From: Basidiobolus meristosporus CBS 931.73
Lineage: Eukaryota > Fungi > Basidiobolomycota
Assembly (NCBI GenBank): GCA_002104905.1
Contig: MCFE01000446.1
Span: 9,630 to 73,629 of the forward strand
Direction: 5' to 3'
Length of the DNA: 64,000 nt
Part shown: in pieces, positions 11,880 to 24,556 of the stretch
How positions within the stretch are numbered: the stretch's first letter is position 1
Layout of the letters: each line of letters starts with the position of its first letter
Notes under the pieces: model-generated
Seen by the model: only the letters and a program-made list of their open reading frames with translations
What the model was told of the DNA's origin: nothing
The model's database searches: none
Program-made: the position numbers and the translations under genes

Positions 11880-12560
11880 CCTTTTTTCATTTTGATGTTG
11901 CTAAGGCCTTTGATTCAGCTGACAGAAATCTGCATTGATCCAAGCTGAAATGCTTCTCCAGTACATCTCTCACTCTCCTTGTCAGGTCTCTGTTTCTGGA
12001 TCCACAGCAAGAATTTGCACCCAAGTGAGCAATCAATTGTGTTCTCAGTTGCTAGTGGAGTAGGTCAAGGCTCTGTGCTTTGTCCTATACTATTTGCCAT
12101 GTTCCTGAATGACTTTCCAAAACTCTCAGCTGACAGCCTGGTTACCCTCTTTACTGATGACATCAGAATATCTTCCTCCAACATGCAGTAAGACTCACAG
12201 ACAATTCACCGGTATCTGGAGAAGAATAATCTCCAGCTTTCATTACATAGTCAGTACCTTTGGGTTGTCCCATCTTCATAGAGAACTGCAAACTATCTAC
12301 TTAGCTTTCTGCTACATGTCTTGGCTTTCCTTTCCTTCCTACTGGACTAGATTCTGGAGCACACTCAAGAAGTGTATTATTCTGGCAAGACAGGCACTTC
12401 ACAAGCTACTGACTGTTATTCCTTCTACAACTTCAGCTCCCAGCAGCCTCCTTCTACTCAAGCAGTTTGTCTTCCTTGTGCTTGAATTTGGTTTACCACT
12501 TCTCTATCTTACTTTTAGAGACTGTGCTAAGCTTGACTAGTTTGCAGAGATCCAGATAAC
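11880..12560 (+). mobile_element. LINE reverse-transcriptase fragment
   Basis: FDVAKAFDS, SGVGQGSVLCPILF and LFTDDI correspond to RT motifs DxxKAFD, GVPQG and FADD. Confidence 0.85.
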
Positions 12561-12829
12561 AAGAAGCTTGCTTGTTACACTCTGCAGTCAGAAAAACCCA
12601 AGCTGGCAAACCTGAAGTACTTGACAGACCTTTAGCAGCAATATCTGAAGTAGCACACTCCCTTTAAGATGAATATCAATCCTTATTATATTCCCCTTAT
12701 CAGTGTTGTTTACAAATCATTCTAACCCCTCTTGCTGCCCCCTTCCCACTGAACAATGTCTTGAGCACCAAAGAACTATCATCTCTCCTTATTAACTTAC
12801 CAATAAATTCCCCTCACCTACACACTCTG

Positions 12830-13160
12830 GTATCAAAGCTACAACAGTAGTGCTGGCTTCTTTTAGGGTTACAACTGAAGGCTGAATGGAAATAAATCAT
12901 TTTGTATGCATGAGAAGTACAAGGATTGTTAGAGTAAGGAGTGTGAAAAAGAGGCAATAGCCAATCAATGAACACAAATGTGGGAGGTGATTGAGTGTCC
13001 AGGATCCAAAAGTAAGAGAATTGGCTAAGAACCAATCAAATGCCACTTATGTATTGTTGTGATGAAAAATTCAATGAGTTCTAACATTGAGATTTTTCAC
13101 AAGGGTATGGGCTGGGACAAACATTGATCTAGGGTGCAGCAACTTCTATCAGTCACTGCA
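12830..13160 (-). mobile_element. CACTA left-subterminal fragment
   Basis: Reverse complement matches 43730-44030 and 36230-36450. Confidence 0.7.
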
Positions 13161-14082
13161 AGCTAGTATATACCATTGACTGTTTTCAGTTGGAACTGGC
13201 TAACAGTATGCAGCCAAAGTAAGTACACCACTGAAGTCAATAGATAAGGAATGAGAAAGAAGTAATTGCAATCAGTATACAGGTGCAGAGGAGTAAATTA
13301 AGTAACTGGGATCAGAAAGTGCAAGAAAAATCAGGAAATCAATTAGTAGAAGCTAAGGGAACATTAGATTGTCAGATTTAAAATGACTTTGTGCTATTTT
13401 GACTACTTTTCTGAACTAGGTATGTAGTGCAATCCTAGTCTTTGCTTCTCAACTATGGCCCCAATACCAAACAGGTAAATGAATGCTGTAAAGGACAAAT
13501 AAGTAGTGACCAATGGCACTATGAAAACAAAGTGGCCAAAAATTGCCAAATCACTCACAGAGGGAAATGTCATAATACATGGGAATTAGATGCTGTATCA
13601 ATTACTTGCTCAAAAATAGATGCGGCATACAGGCCTGATCCACGTAGAGCGCAATTAAAATAAGCAAGGAGAGATGAAACGTCATTGTTCCAGCGCGGGC
13701 CAAAGAAAAGCGCCTTTTGACAGTTCAATTGGGGGAATTATTATTGATGTATTACAGACCATTCAAATGGGAGAAGTGGACTAATAACTTCAGCGTGGGG
13801 TGAAACATGGCGAATGCTACGGAATTTTCACACATGATGATGGCAACAATTTTATCTAGCCTTGCAAACACTAGCCTCATCTTTGGATGAATATATACAT
13901 CAATATTGATCGAGAATCCGCAGTAGGTTTTTCCCAATTCTGTGAGTTTGTCGCCTGCCATTTCAGGATGACCAGATTCGGTCAAGAAATAAGGTTACTT
14001 GATGTAGCATGCCAGAAAAGGAACTTCTGTCCTCCATCAAAGAGCGATAAAGCCGCCAGAAGAATGTTCGCCCAATCCTCAA

Positions 14083-17000
14083 ATGACTACACCGTCTCAG
14101 AAGTCCATCGAACAGGATGCGGTGTTGGATGCGGAGAAAGATGAGTCGGAGTCTGAAAGAGTGAGTAGTAACAAGAAGGTATCTTTCCTTGAGCTCTTTC
14201 AGTTCGCGACCACTTTCGATTGGCTTCTCGTGAGCACGGGAATTATTTGCTCTGTTGCAATGGGCGCTGCGAGACCTCTCATGACGTTCGTGTATTTTCC
14301 CAAACACCTTCTGCAAAGCTGTCGCAGGTCACTAAACTAGACTATTTATAGCATCATCTTCGGTGATCTGATCAATGTTTTCCTGCTTTCCCCTGACGAT
14401 TTCGCCACTGACTTGGAGCGAGAGAACTTTGTCAAAGGAAAAATTAACGGGTTTTCCCTTTATTTTATCTACCTCGCCATCGGCGTGGCCATCACCTCTT
14501 ACACCTATATGAGCTGCTGGATCTGGGCTGGGGAGCGCCAGACGCGATACATTCGCGAGCAGTATTTGGCAGCTGTTCTTCGTCAAGAAATCGCCTGGTT
14601 CGACGGCCTGGGCGCGGGTGAGATCACCACCCGAATCACCAATGATACGCATCTGATTCGGGACGGCATCACCGAGAAGATCCCTCACACCGCGTCATAC
14701 CTCTCGACGTTCATTGCCGCTTTCGTGGTGGCGTTCACCAGGAATTGGCAACTCACACTGGTCCTCTGCTGCATCATCCCAATGATTGCCATGTGCATTG
14801 GCATTCTCAGCATTTTGAGTACGAAGTACGCCAAGCGAGCCCTTGATTTTTATTGCCTCTGCGGAACCCTCGCCGAGGAGGTAATCTCATCGATCCGGAA
14901 CGCCGTTGCGTTCGGACAACAGAAAAAGCTAGCGACCATGTACAGCAAAAACATCGCCAATGCCAAGCGAGAGTCGATCAAAAAGGAGATTTTCAATGCG
15001 ATCGGGATGGCAGCGATGTTTTTCATCACCTACGCAGCCTACTCCCTCGCATTCTACTATGGTGGCAAGTTGATCCTCGAGAAGAAACTAGACGCTGGAG
15101 GCATGATGAATGTCCTCTTTGCCGTGATCATCGGCGCTTTCTCCCTTGGCAACATAGGGCCAAATGTTCAAGCATTCAGTCTTGCTCAAGGCGCTGCAGA
15201 GAAGCTATACGCTGTCATCCATCGCGTTCCGACCATCGACTCATCATCAAACAAAGGCGTCCAACCAGCCGCCAAAACCAAAGGCACCATCAGCTTTCAA
15301 AATGTGACCTTCCACTATCCTTCACGCCCAAACACCGACGTCCTCAATGGCGTAAGCTTTTCGGTAACGGCTGGAAACACTGTTGCTCTGGTTGGCCCCA
15401 GTGGCTCCGGAAAATCCACCATCGTTCAATTGCTCGAGCGCTTTTATGATCCGACGCAAGGTAGGATCCTGCTAGACGGCCTGCCAATCGACCAATACAA
15501 CATCCGTTGGCTCAGAAGGCAGATAGGACTGGTCTCACAGGAGCCAACGCTCTTCAAGTGCACAGTTGCACAAAACATTGCTCATGGCTTGATTGGAACC
15601 CCGCACGAGAGCTGCAACGAAGAAAAGAAGATGGAGCTCATCATTGAAGCCTGTAAAATTTCCAATGCACACAACTTCATCATGGATTTGCCCCAACAGT
15701 ACGACACTCAGGTGGGCGAGCGGGGTTTCCTTCTCTCCGGCGGCCAGAAGCAACGAATTGCTATTGCAAGAGCTGTGGTGAAGGATCCCTCCATCCTGTT
15801 GCTTGACGAGGCAACCTCCGCCCTAGATACCCAATCCGAGGGGATCGTTCAACTAGCGTTGGAACAAGCGAGTGCTGGTAGAACGACCATTGTTATTGCG
15901 CACAGACTTTCGACCATTCGCAACGCAGATACCATTATCGTAATGGACAAAGGGAGGATCATGGAAACCGGCAACCACACCTCGCTGCTGCATACCAACG
16001 GTGTATATCGAAGGCTAGTCGAGCTTCAGAAAATCAAGGAGCAAACTTCCCCGGCGGATACCTATCGTCCTGAGCTGAGAGAAGATGACATCCATCCTAT
16101 CTCCACGAACAACTCGATCTATTCCACCGACAATACGGGTGTCGAGACAGGAGTTGAGAGAAAATACTCCTTCTGGTACGTGGCCTATCGCGTATTCAGC
16201 TTGAACATGCCGGAGGCCGGCTTCATCTTTGGTGGCTTGCTCGGAGCAATTGTTTCTGGCTCCATCCTTCCTTTGTACGCCATCGTGTTCTCAAAAATCA
16301 TCAACGCCTTTTCGAAGCCGGAAATCAGCATAGACGACATCAACTTTTGGGCCTTGATATTTCTGCTCATCGGCGTCGCTAGCTTCTTTGCCCAGCTGGT
16401 CCAGGTGTCGTTCTTTGGCATATCTGGGGAGAGACTGACTGAACGGTTGAGGAACATGCTGTTCGCGTGTATCATGCGCCAGGAGATTGGCTGGTTCGAC
16501 GGAGAAAACAATAGCACTGGCGCATTGGTGTCTTCTCTAGCCACCGATGCGACAAATGTGCAAGGGATGAGCGGGTCCACCCTTGGATCAGCGTTGCAGG
16601 CCTTGGTCATCATCGGTGTGGGCTTCATCGTTGCGTTGGCTTACGGCTGGCAGATGACCTTGGTGGTGATGGTTTCCATTCCGGTTTTAATCGGCGCAGG
16701 GATTGTGAAGATGCGGCTGTTTATGAATTTCCAGCAGGACACCAGGACGATCTATGAAAAATCGGCTCAGCTAGCGTGTGAGGCGGCTAGCTCCATCAGA
16801 ACGGTAGCGTCCCTAACCCGAGAGCAAGATGTCACCCACACGTATCACGTCAGTCTCGAGGAGCCCCATAGGGCGGGCAAGAAGAACGCATTTATTGCTT
16901 CGCTGGTTTTCGCCGGATCCCAGTCTGTGATTTACCTTATCAACTGTCTCGCATTCTGGTATGGAGGCAACCTTTTCGCCGAGGGGAAATATACCGAGGA

Positions 17001-17922
17001 GCAGTTCTTCGTCGTCTTCATGGCCATTGTGACGGGTGCTCAGAGCGCGGGAAATGCGTTTGCCTTCGTGCCTAACATTGGCAGGGCTAAGGCATCTGCC
17101 TCGAGTATTTTTGCTCTACTGGATCGGGTGCCACTTATCGACACCTGGAAAGAGTTAGGAAAGAGAGTGGAACACATCAGTGGCCACATAGAGTTGAGGA
17201 ATGTTCATTTTACATACCCAACCCGTCCCGAGATCCCGGTCTTGCGTGGCTTGAATCTGACCGTGATGCCCGGGCAGTTCGCTGCCCTAGTAGGCCCATC
17301 TGGATGCGGTAAGAGCACGGTTGTCGGGTTGGTTGAGCGCTTTTATGATGTGCAATCAGGAAGCGTCCTGCTGGATGGCGAAGACATTCGCAACTCAAAC
17401 ATCAATGATATTCGCAAGCAGATCGCCCTTGTAAGCCAAGACGTCTCGTTGTACGACATGTCCATCGCGGAGAACATCCGCTTTGGTCTGGTGGGTCGCA
17501 TTCCAAGCCAAGCTGAAATCGAGGAGGCGGCCAAGAAGGCGAACATCCACGAGTTCATTCTGGGTCTTCCTCAAGGCTATGACACGCAATTAGGCAACAA
17601 AGGCTGCCAACTCTCCGGTGGTCAGAAGCAACGTATCGCCATTGCACGCGCGCTAATTAGAAATCCGAAGATTCTGCTGCTCGACGAAGCGACCAGCGCT
17701 CTGGATGCCCAGTCGGAAAAAGTCGTCCAAGCCGCACTTGACAATGCAGCCAAAGGCCGTACGACCATCGCGGTGGCCCATCGGCTATCTACCATTCAGA
17801 GGGCGGATACAATCTTCGTCATCAATAACGGGGCTGTAGCGGAAAAAGGAACTCATGAAGAGCTACTGGCCCTGCACGGACAATACCACAACCTTGTATA
17901 TCAGCAAAACCTGGCTTCCTAA
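14083..17922 (+). CDS. ABCB1: Full-size ABCB/MDR (P-glycoprotein-like) transporter, 1257 aa; exons 14083-14285 and 14352-17922
   Basis: TMD-NBD-TMD-NBD layout; Walker A GPSGSGKST and GPSGCGKST; LSGGQKQRIAIAR twice; LLLDEATSALD twice. A 66-nt GT..AG intron restores PLMTIIFGDL. Confidence 0.97.
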
Positions 17923-19248
17923 ACCACTCAGAACCCGATTCTGTCCATATTTCCTTTCATTCAACCGACCAGAAAGTCCAACCAATTTGCCTGCCTCCCT
18001 ACGAACTGACATCGCTGGCAATGAGAAGTCAGACTTGAAGTTCATCAGCCATGCCAACCCTGGCGTATATAGCGAATGGAAATCCGATAAATCCATTACA
18101 ATGACCGACATTAACCGCGGTGGCGCTAAGACTAGTATGTTGAAAAGCATCTTTCAATAGAAGCTCAACAATGTGTTTGATGCTTCCAACAACTACGCCT
18201 CCATCCAGCACATCCTAAAACCTGGCAACCTCAAGGGGACCTTTCCAAAAATGGCTGGGACTTCAACTACTCCTTTGGAAGCTGTACTACCGCACCCAAG
18301 GCCAACATTCGCGAATGTTGTTACGACAAGCATTGAAGTCTAATAAACTTTCCTTGCTGAGGTGAACCAGCCTCTTTCTTCCCACGCTAACACTAACGTT
18401 TCAGTAAACGCCTACATCGAGTCCAGCCTATTGTCCCTCGAAGAAAATGTGGTACAGAGTGCATGTTGCCGGCCAATTTAGGGAGAAGCTACCGTGGGAA
18501 TACAACCCGTAAAGCTAGTCATCCAGGGTTTAGTATGTGAAACGAATAGCCTGACTTGGCCATGATGCCTGGATACTATCATCAACTACATTTTGACCGC
18601 ACATTTCACCTGATCTAAATTTGACCCTCATTTTTTTGGGGGATTCGTTGGATGTTTGGAACTTGACTGTTGCCAATAATTAGTTAAGCACCTTAGCCCG
18701 CATATGATGGTTTTATTCTTGAAATAAATTTGAACTTGTGAGAGTACTGAGCCATTCCCATTTCATCCAACCATTAACATTGGCCTTGTGAGTGGATGTT
18801 TCACCACCTCTCACTTGCTACTGTACGCACGGCTAGTGTATGAACAAGGATATCTAGTAACAATTATCAAAATTTAAAGTAATGGGAAAGCGTAAAAATG
18901 ACTCATACTACGACATCTCAAGCAAGCGCTTGCAGCGTGCACACAGGAATGGCACTTTTCTAACGTAGACTGTTATTTCATAGTCATGCTCCACTCCAAC
19001 CATCTGAATTATATACCACTTTTATTTTTTGCTTCTCCGGTATTATGGGATTTGGATCTGAAAATCTTTTGTCAATAATCGGTAGCTTGGATTTTGAGTG
19101 CATAAGATTGGTTGGCAGCCGAGCTTTCCTGCTACCATCCACTCAAACTTGCCAACTTCTGACTGCGCTGGTATGCTTTGCTTTAATTCATTGATCTGCG
19201 TTACATATTCACCCATGTATTCGCCAGTTTCTTCAGCTGATTATCAAC

Positions 19249-19510
19249 ATGCGTAACTGTCCAATCGGCGGTTCCTCCCCATGTGCCTGACAACATAGAA
19301 GTGTTCATTACCGTAGGTCACCATGTGCACGGCATCCAAAAGACTACTACCTGAATGCCCATAAAATGTTCAATATTTCGTCAACAAATGCGCAAGATCT
19401 ATTGTTGCATCAGGTGATCACCACCGGGACCAGAACACACGACATTGCTCACATTAGCAGCGATAAAGACCTCAATGCCAAATATCAAGCAGGCGAGGCT
19501 AGCGTCTAAG
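19249..19510 (+). pseudogene. Family B copy 5 (signal peptide deleted, in-frame TGA)
   Basis: ATGCG...CCAATCGGCGGTTCCTCCCCATGT, CATAGAAGTGTTCATTACCGTAG and CAGGTGATCACCACCGGGACCAGAA...AAATATCAAGCAGG align with gene B. Confidence 0.7.
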
Positions 19511-20631
19511 TACCATATACAACAAAAGGCTAAAAGCTATCTTCGTTTATTCCAAGACGCTCCCGGTCACCCTGGTATGTCAATAGTTGTTGAATGTATG
19601 GGGGATACACTGACTGGGAATACGACAGCGAGTGGAATGTGATATATCTTGCTTCTTGATGACACACAGGAGTACGTACTGTTTGGTCCTACTCAACCTG
19701 ATACAAGCTCGAATGAAAGCAACCTTCCAATTCAATATCTATTGATTACCATACTAGTGGTTACCCAACATACAGCTTAGACATAAATCCCCTAACATCT
19801 CACTACAGGCAATGTCCTAGAGAACCCTGAATATCTGGTTCGGTATCTGTGCTTGCGGTGGCATGATGGACTGTCTGCAATGTATAGATCTATTTGTGAT
19901 AGATAACTATGCCAAAAAAGAATTACTGACTATCCATATATAGCTATTCTACCATGGGGCCATCATGCTTATCATATCACAACTGCTCCTATCTCAGAAA
20001 CAATCGGTCACGACAAAATAATTGGTGTTACCAAGCATTCGTCTCCGAGCCTGGGTTTCTAGCATCGTTTTAGTGGGGATATAACCAAGCATGCCACCTC
20101 GGTAGGTAACTATATTTGGATTAATTGTCGAACAAGTTGATGGGGAGCTACACTTCCGGAAACTGCACACTAATACAAAGACTCACAGTTGCATGGTGTT
20201 GTCAGTCCAAAGGGTAGCGACAATTATTCAACATGTCGTACAATGTATGTAGATTAGGTAGTTCCCAATGTTCTTTTGACTATCTGATTGGTACTACGCT
20301 CGAACAGTATCCCTCTTGGAATCGATTCTCCAGTGTATAATAGTAATATAGCCACACTTGACAAGATGCCACAAAGAAGTTGGTTGGGCAGAGATGGGAA
20401 AGCACACATGCATATAGCACGCTATATAGATATTTATTTGCACCGTTTGCAACCCAAATTATTGGTGCCACTCCAAGTGCATCCTATCTATTTTTAGAGA
20501 GAAGGGTCATGAGTATCATTTGACCGTTATGAATGATATTTACCGTACCAGCGCACCATAATAGGAGGCTGTTATCTACATCCGTCTCTATATAAGGCTA
20601 CAGCAGAAGTGTAAGTTCGACATATTCAGCT

Positions 20632-20895
20632 ATGAAGTTCACCTATCCATTAGTATTAATCACTCTCTTCGTGGCTCTTGCCATAAGTTTGGTTCAAGCA
20701 GGTACTCTCCCCTCCAAAGGTGTTAGCCATAATGGAGGTCAAGGAGTAAAACCCAAGCCCGTAGAGAAGCCAAAGGCGGTAGTAAAACCTAAACCAGTGA
20801 CCAAGAAACCAAACACTGATGACAAGAAGAAAGTTCCTGCCCCAGGAAAGGGAAAGGGGAATGAAAAGAAGCCCGTACCTAAAGGCCACCATTAG
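20632..20895 (+). CDS. Small secreted Lys/Pro-rich protein D (87 aa)
   Basis: MKFTYPLVLITLFVALAISLVQA signal peptide; TATATAAG at about 20590; AATAAA at about 20967. Confidence 0.8.
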   Translation: MKFTYPLVLITLFVALAISLVQAGTLPSKGVSHNGGQGVKPKPVEKPKAVVKPKPVTKKPNTDDKKKVPAPGKGKGNEKKPVPKGHH

Positions 20896-21789
20896 GTATT
20901 CCGATGAAGCCAGAAGCAGTAGGTACATGTTGAAATCGATGTAACACGAAGTGATTGACACCCGTCAATAAAAGCTACTTAAAACCCAACCGTTTAGTTG
21001 ATAAATATTTTTCAGGATAGTTGGGTTAGAGACATCGGTACCAAAGCCAACCTCTAACCTTTACTCTTGTTAGAATTGGAACAGTGAGATATGCTGATAG
21101 TTGGCGTTTTCAGTGAGTGTCTGATTAATAGCCCATAGGAGTTCTACACCGAGTTGTAGTTCGGATATATTTATATATGGGTGTATTCCTATTCTAAGGG
21201 AAATAGAATCCACAGTGTTCGTTTCCTCTGCAATTAGTGTTGAAACTACGAAAATCGATTTCAGTGCAAATAAACTATCTAAAACCCTCACATTTCAAGG
21301 ATGCATCCCCTGCTCTAACGTTGACACCTAAATTTACAAGGCTCAATACAGTACTCATAGTTTGGAATAGAGTATGAATAAAAGCTCATCGGCTAATCCT
21401 AGAGACTGCCGCTCAAATGAATAGACATTTGCTAAATTTACCTTCAATTCGGCCAGCCTATTAGTGACACTCCAGTTGACTCTGCTACATCCTTACACCA
21501 TGCAAGCCAGTTAAGGAACAAATTAGGTTAGGCGTTGTGCGGATGATCAAGCGCAAAGCGAATTACAGACTACCGACCCCGCCCTATATTTATCCGGATG
21601 GATCATTTGCGATGGTCTAACTGACGAATCTTGCGTCATTTCGATGGCCAACCATGATCCACTGTTCTGGGTTTGAAGTCCGATGTTTCTCCTTTGATTG
21701 GTCAAGTAGTTACGCCTTAGGCACAAGGTGCAGGCTCTACCATGGTTTATAAAAGGTCCTTTTTCTGTTAAATCCCAAGCAACAACAAG

Positions 21790-22158
21790 ATGGTTTCAAG
21801 AATCGCCCTACCCATTCTCCTTATGATGCTAGTCACATGGTCTTGTGCAGCTTCTCAGCAACGGTGTAACCCAAGTGCTCGTATCAACTGTCCACAAGGA
21901 TACGACTGTAAGCCAGATCATCCAGGGCTTCTTGGCGGGAACGGAGTATGCGTTCGCATCTGTAATCCAAGTGCCCGCATCAATTGTCCACGAGGATTCG
22001 ACTGCAAGCCGGATCACCCAGGACTTCCTGGAGGGAATGGGATGTGCGTCCGCATCTGTAATCCAAGTGCTCGCATCAACTGTCCCTGGGGATTCAGCTG
22101 TAAGCTGGACCAACCAGTACTTCCTGGTGGGAGTGGAGTATGCGAACGCGATAATTAA
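21790..22158 (+). CDS. Secreted protein E with three tandem 32-aa 4-Cys modules (122 aa)
   Basis: Signal peptide; TATAAAA at 21748; module pattern C-x7-C-x5-C-x13-C repeated three times. Confidence 0.85.
   Translation: MVSRIALPILLMMLVTWSCAASQQRCNPSARINCPQGYDCKPDHPGLLGGNGVCVRICNPSARINCPRGFDCKPDHPGLPGGNGMCVRICNPSARINCPWGFSCKLDQPVLPGGSGVCERDN
21865..22152 (+). repeat. 3 x 96-bp coding tandem repeat
   Basis: Units start at 21865, 21961 and 22057 with TGTAA(C/T)CCAAGTGC(T/C)CG. Confidence 0.95.
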
Positions 22159-23688
22159 ACGCTCTAAAGCCAAGCGCATTTGAAGGTGACATTGAAGGGA
22201 AAGCGCCTCAATAAATATACTACCTTTAATCATATTTACAATATCACCATGATCCACACTGAATGGATAGCGCAGATTGCTTCCTGAACTTAACCATGAG
22301 TGTTGGTAATCAAGTGTGAATTTACTGAACCAGTTTTGTCGGCTTCTTGTTGATTAGAGTTTGGGTTTTTTTGACACAGAGCCACCGCCATATTGGATTT
22401 ACACACATCAGGATCATTTGGTCCATTCAGCAGTGCAAAAGGGAAATGATGCTAAGCATTACTTCATTGCATGGAGAACAAATACATTCAATACTGATGC
22501 AAAAGTTTTGAGAGAATTAAAAATCATGTATATATATTGTTGTATTGCGTGACTGATCTACCATGTGGCGAAGACCTCAACACTAGCTTTACCTAAATAC
22601 TCTAATCAGCATGTGCATCCGGTCCTGCTGGAATTCAAAATGCCTAGGCCATAGACCAAAGATTTTCATGATCAGATTCCACCTGCGTAATGATTGATTT
22701 CATCAGCATGGTTGTAAGCAATAGTCTGAATATTGCTTTAAGCCTGAAATTAGTCAATTGCCTTCTAAAAGCACGACTCGCCTATGAAGTATTTTTAGTA
22801 CCCTGCCTGAGAATCAACCAAAGCTCTTGGCAAAGCATACATATCCACCCACCATTCCCCTATCGAACTATATATGGATCTCTTACCATGGGCATTGGAT
22901 AAGAATCCCATCATTTATGGTACTAATCTAGATGTACGTCCGGTCAGCATATCTAATTACAGGTTTGAGAAACACTTTGGTCGTCAATCCCACCTTGTGT
23001 AATAAGTAGTACTGGAATATAACCCATTGCTGAATACCAATCGATATGGCCGATTCAAGGCTACAATTTGAATAAGCTTCTGGCACCCCAATTGTCTCAG
23101 TCTAAGTGATGGGAAAAAGCAACTTCAAACCAGGACGTTCATCGATACAATTTCCCCATTCTGCTCGGGGGTACTCGCTTTCGAATGGTGTGGTTGATCA
23201 ACATCTCGCTGCTAAATGCTCAGCTTGTCCTGCATATCCAATCGTCATCGAGTGTAATCAATTGAATTAATGATCCCAGCGATGCTCCCATTCATTGGTC
23301 AATCTCTATCAATGGGTGGCGATCAATTTCGCCCAAAGCAACGGTTGATTTGATTTACACAGAAATGCTTTCAGCCGAGAACTTCCAGTGACCCACCCAT
23401 TTAATGGCCAACTTTGAGGGATATTACCTTGGCTCAGGTGCACACGACAGAGTGGCTTATGGCCCCTTCGACGCACGGTGCTCGTCAATCATATGTTTTG
23501 TATGGCTGCGGATCCGATATGTAGATGTGTGGGAGCGTGATGAGCTAAGAAATCTGTTTAGCCCCATACAGCCCAGTGCTTGTTCTCTGCCTGTTTGGCG
23601 CTGATGCATTTATAAGCTAGATGGGCAACTTGTCTTGATGGCAAGTATTTAAGTGGAAGGCGCATCAGGAAGAGCACCAAGCCCAACA

Positions 23689-24556
23689 ATGCCTACCAAT
23701 TCAGCTCTCGGCGGTACTCCCAAGCTTTACTATTTCGATATCGGAGGTGAGCGTTGGCGATGCGACACCCCAAATTTCCTCCGCTGATCATCTCTTATAT
23801 AGCTTCTGGGCGTGGTGAGAATCTCCGCGTTCTCTTTGCCGATGCCGGGATCCAGTACGACCAGAAAAATCTTCCCCTAAATGAGGAATGGGTCGCTTTC
23901 AAGGAAGATTTGAAGAAGAGCGGAAAGAATCCTGCCGGCACCGTGCCTGTTCTCGAGCTCAACGGTGAGAGCCACTTTGGAACTCTCCCACTTCTTCGCT
24001 ACCTCGCCGCGAAACTTGGTAATTCGTGAAGCTACCCTAACCAGTGAGATATATCTCGCTCGGTACTAATCGATTCCTCAGGAGCCTACAAGGGTAAGAC
24101 GCCCGAAGAGGATTTGTTTATCGATTCAGTTTCGGATTTCGTCGCTGACTGGCGCTCCAGCTGGGTTGCTGTCTTCCTAAACGAGAAGGATAAGGCAGCG
24201 TACGCTCAGAAGGAGTTGCCAAACAATGTGGAGGTGATCGAAAAGTTGCTCGGAAAATATGATGGCCCTTACTTCCTAGGGGATAACGTAATCTCTTCAA
24301 CCAGCCTTCGTGACTGCCAAATTCCTACTTACATGCTCCTTCAACCCAGTTCACTTACGCAGATATCCTGGCCTACCAGATCGTACATGACGAGGAGTTG
24401 CTAGACAAGCTTCAGGTGAGCTGTGATCTTCTTGCCTATCCCAGAACTCCTTCTAACTTCCCCTTTTCTCTCCAGAAATATCCCAACCTTGTCCGCCTAA
24501 AAGATGCAGTTGAGGCACGCCCACGTCTTGCCGAGTACTTCTCCCAAAGGGAGTGA
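23689..24556 (+). CDS. GST: Glutathione S-transferase (sigma-like); exons 23689-23746, 23803-24018, 24082-24287, 24350-24415, 24476-24556
   Basis: The spliced product reads KLYYFDIGASGRGENLR...PAGTVPVLE...LLRYLA...GPYFLGDNFTYADILAY...KYPNL. All four introns are GT-AG. Confidence 0.93.

Noticed and set aside
14332-17589. Antisense and alternative-frame ORFs overlapping the ABC transporter, and likewise over DFG10, NSA2 (29563..30612) and the 558-aa gene
   Set aside because: Shadow ORFs expected in GC-rich coding DNA; no motifs.
23150-23520. Protein-like frame upstream of GST
   Set aside because: Two stops, no start and no recognisable motif.
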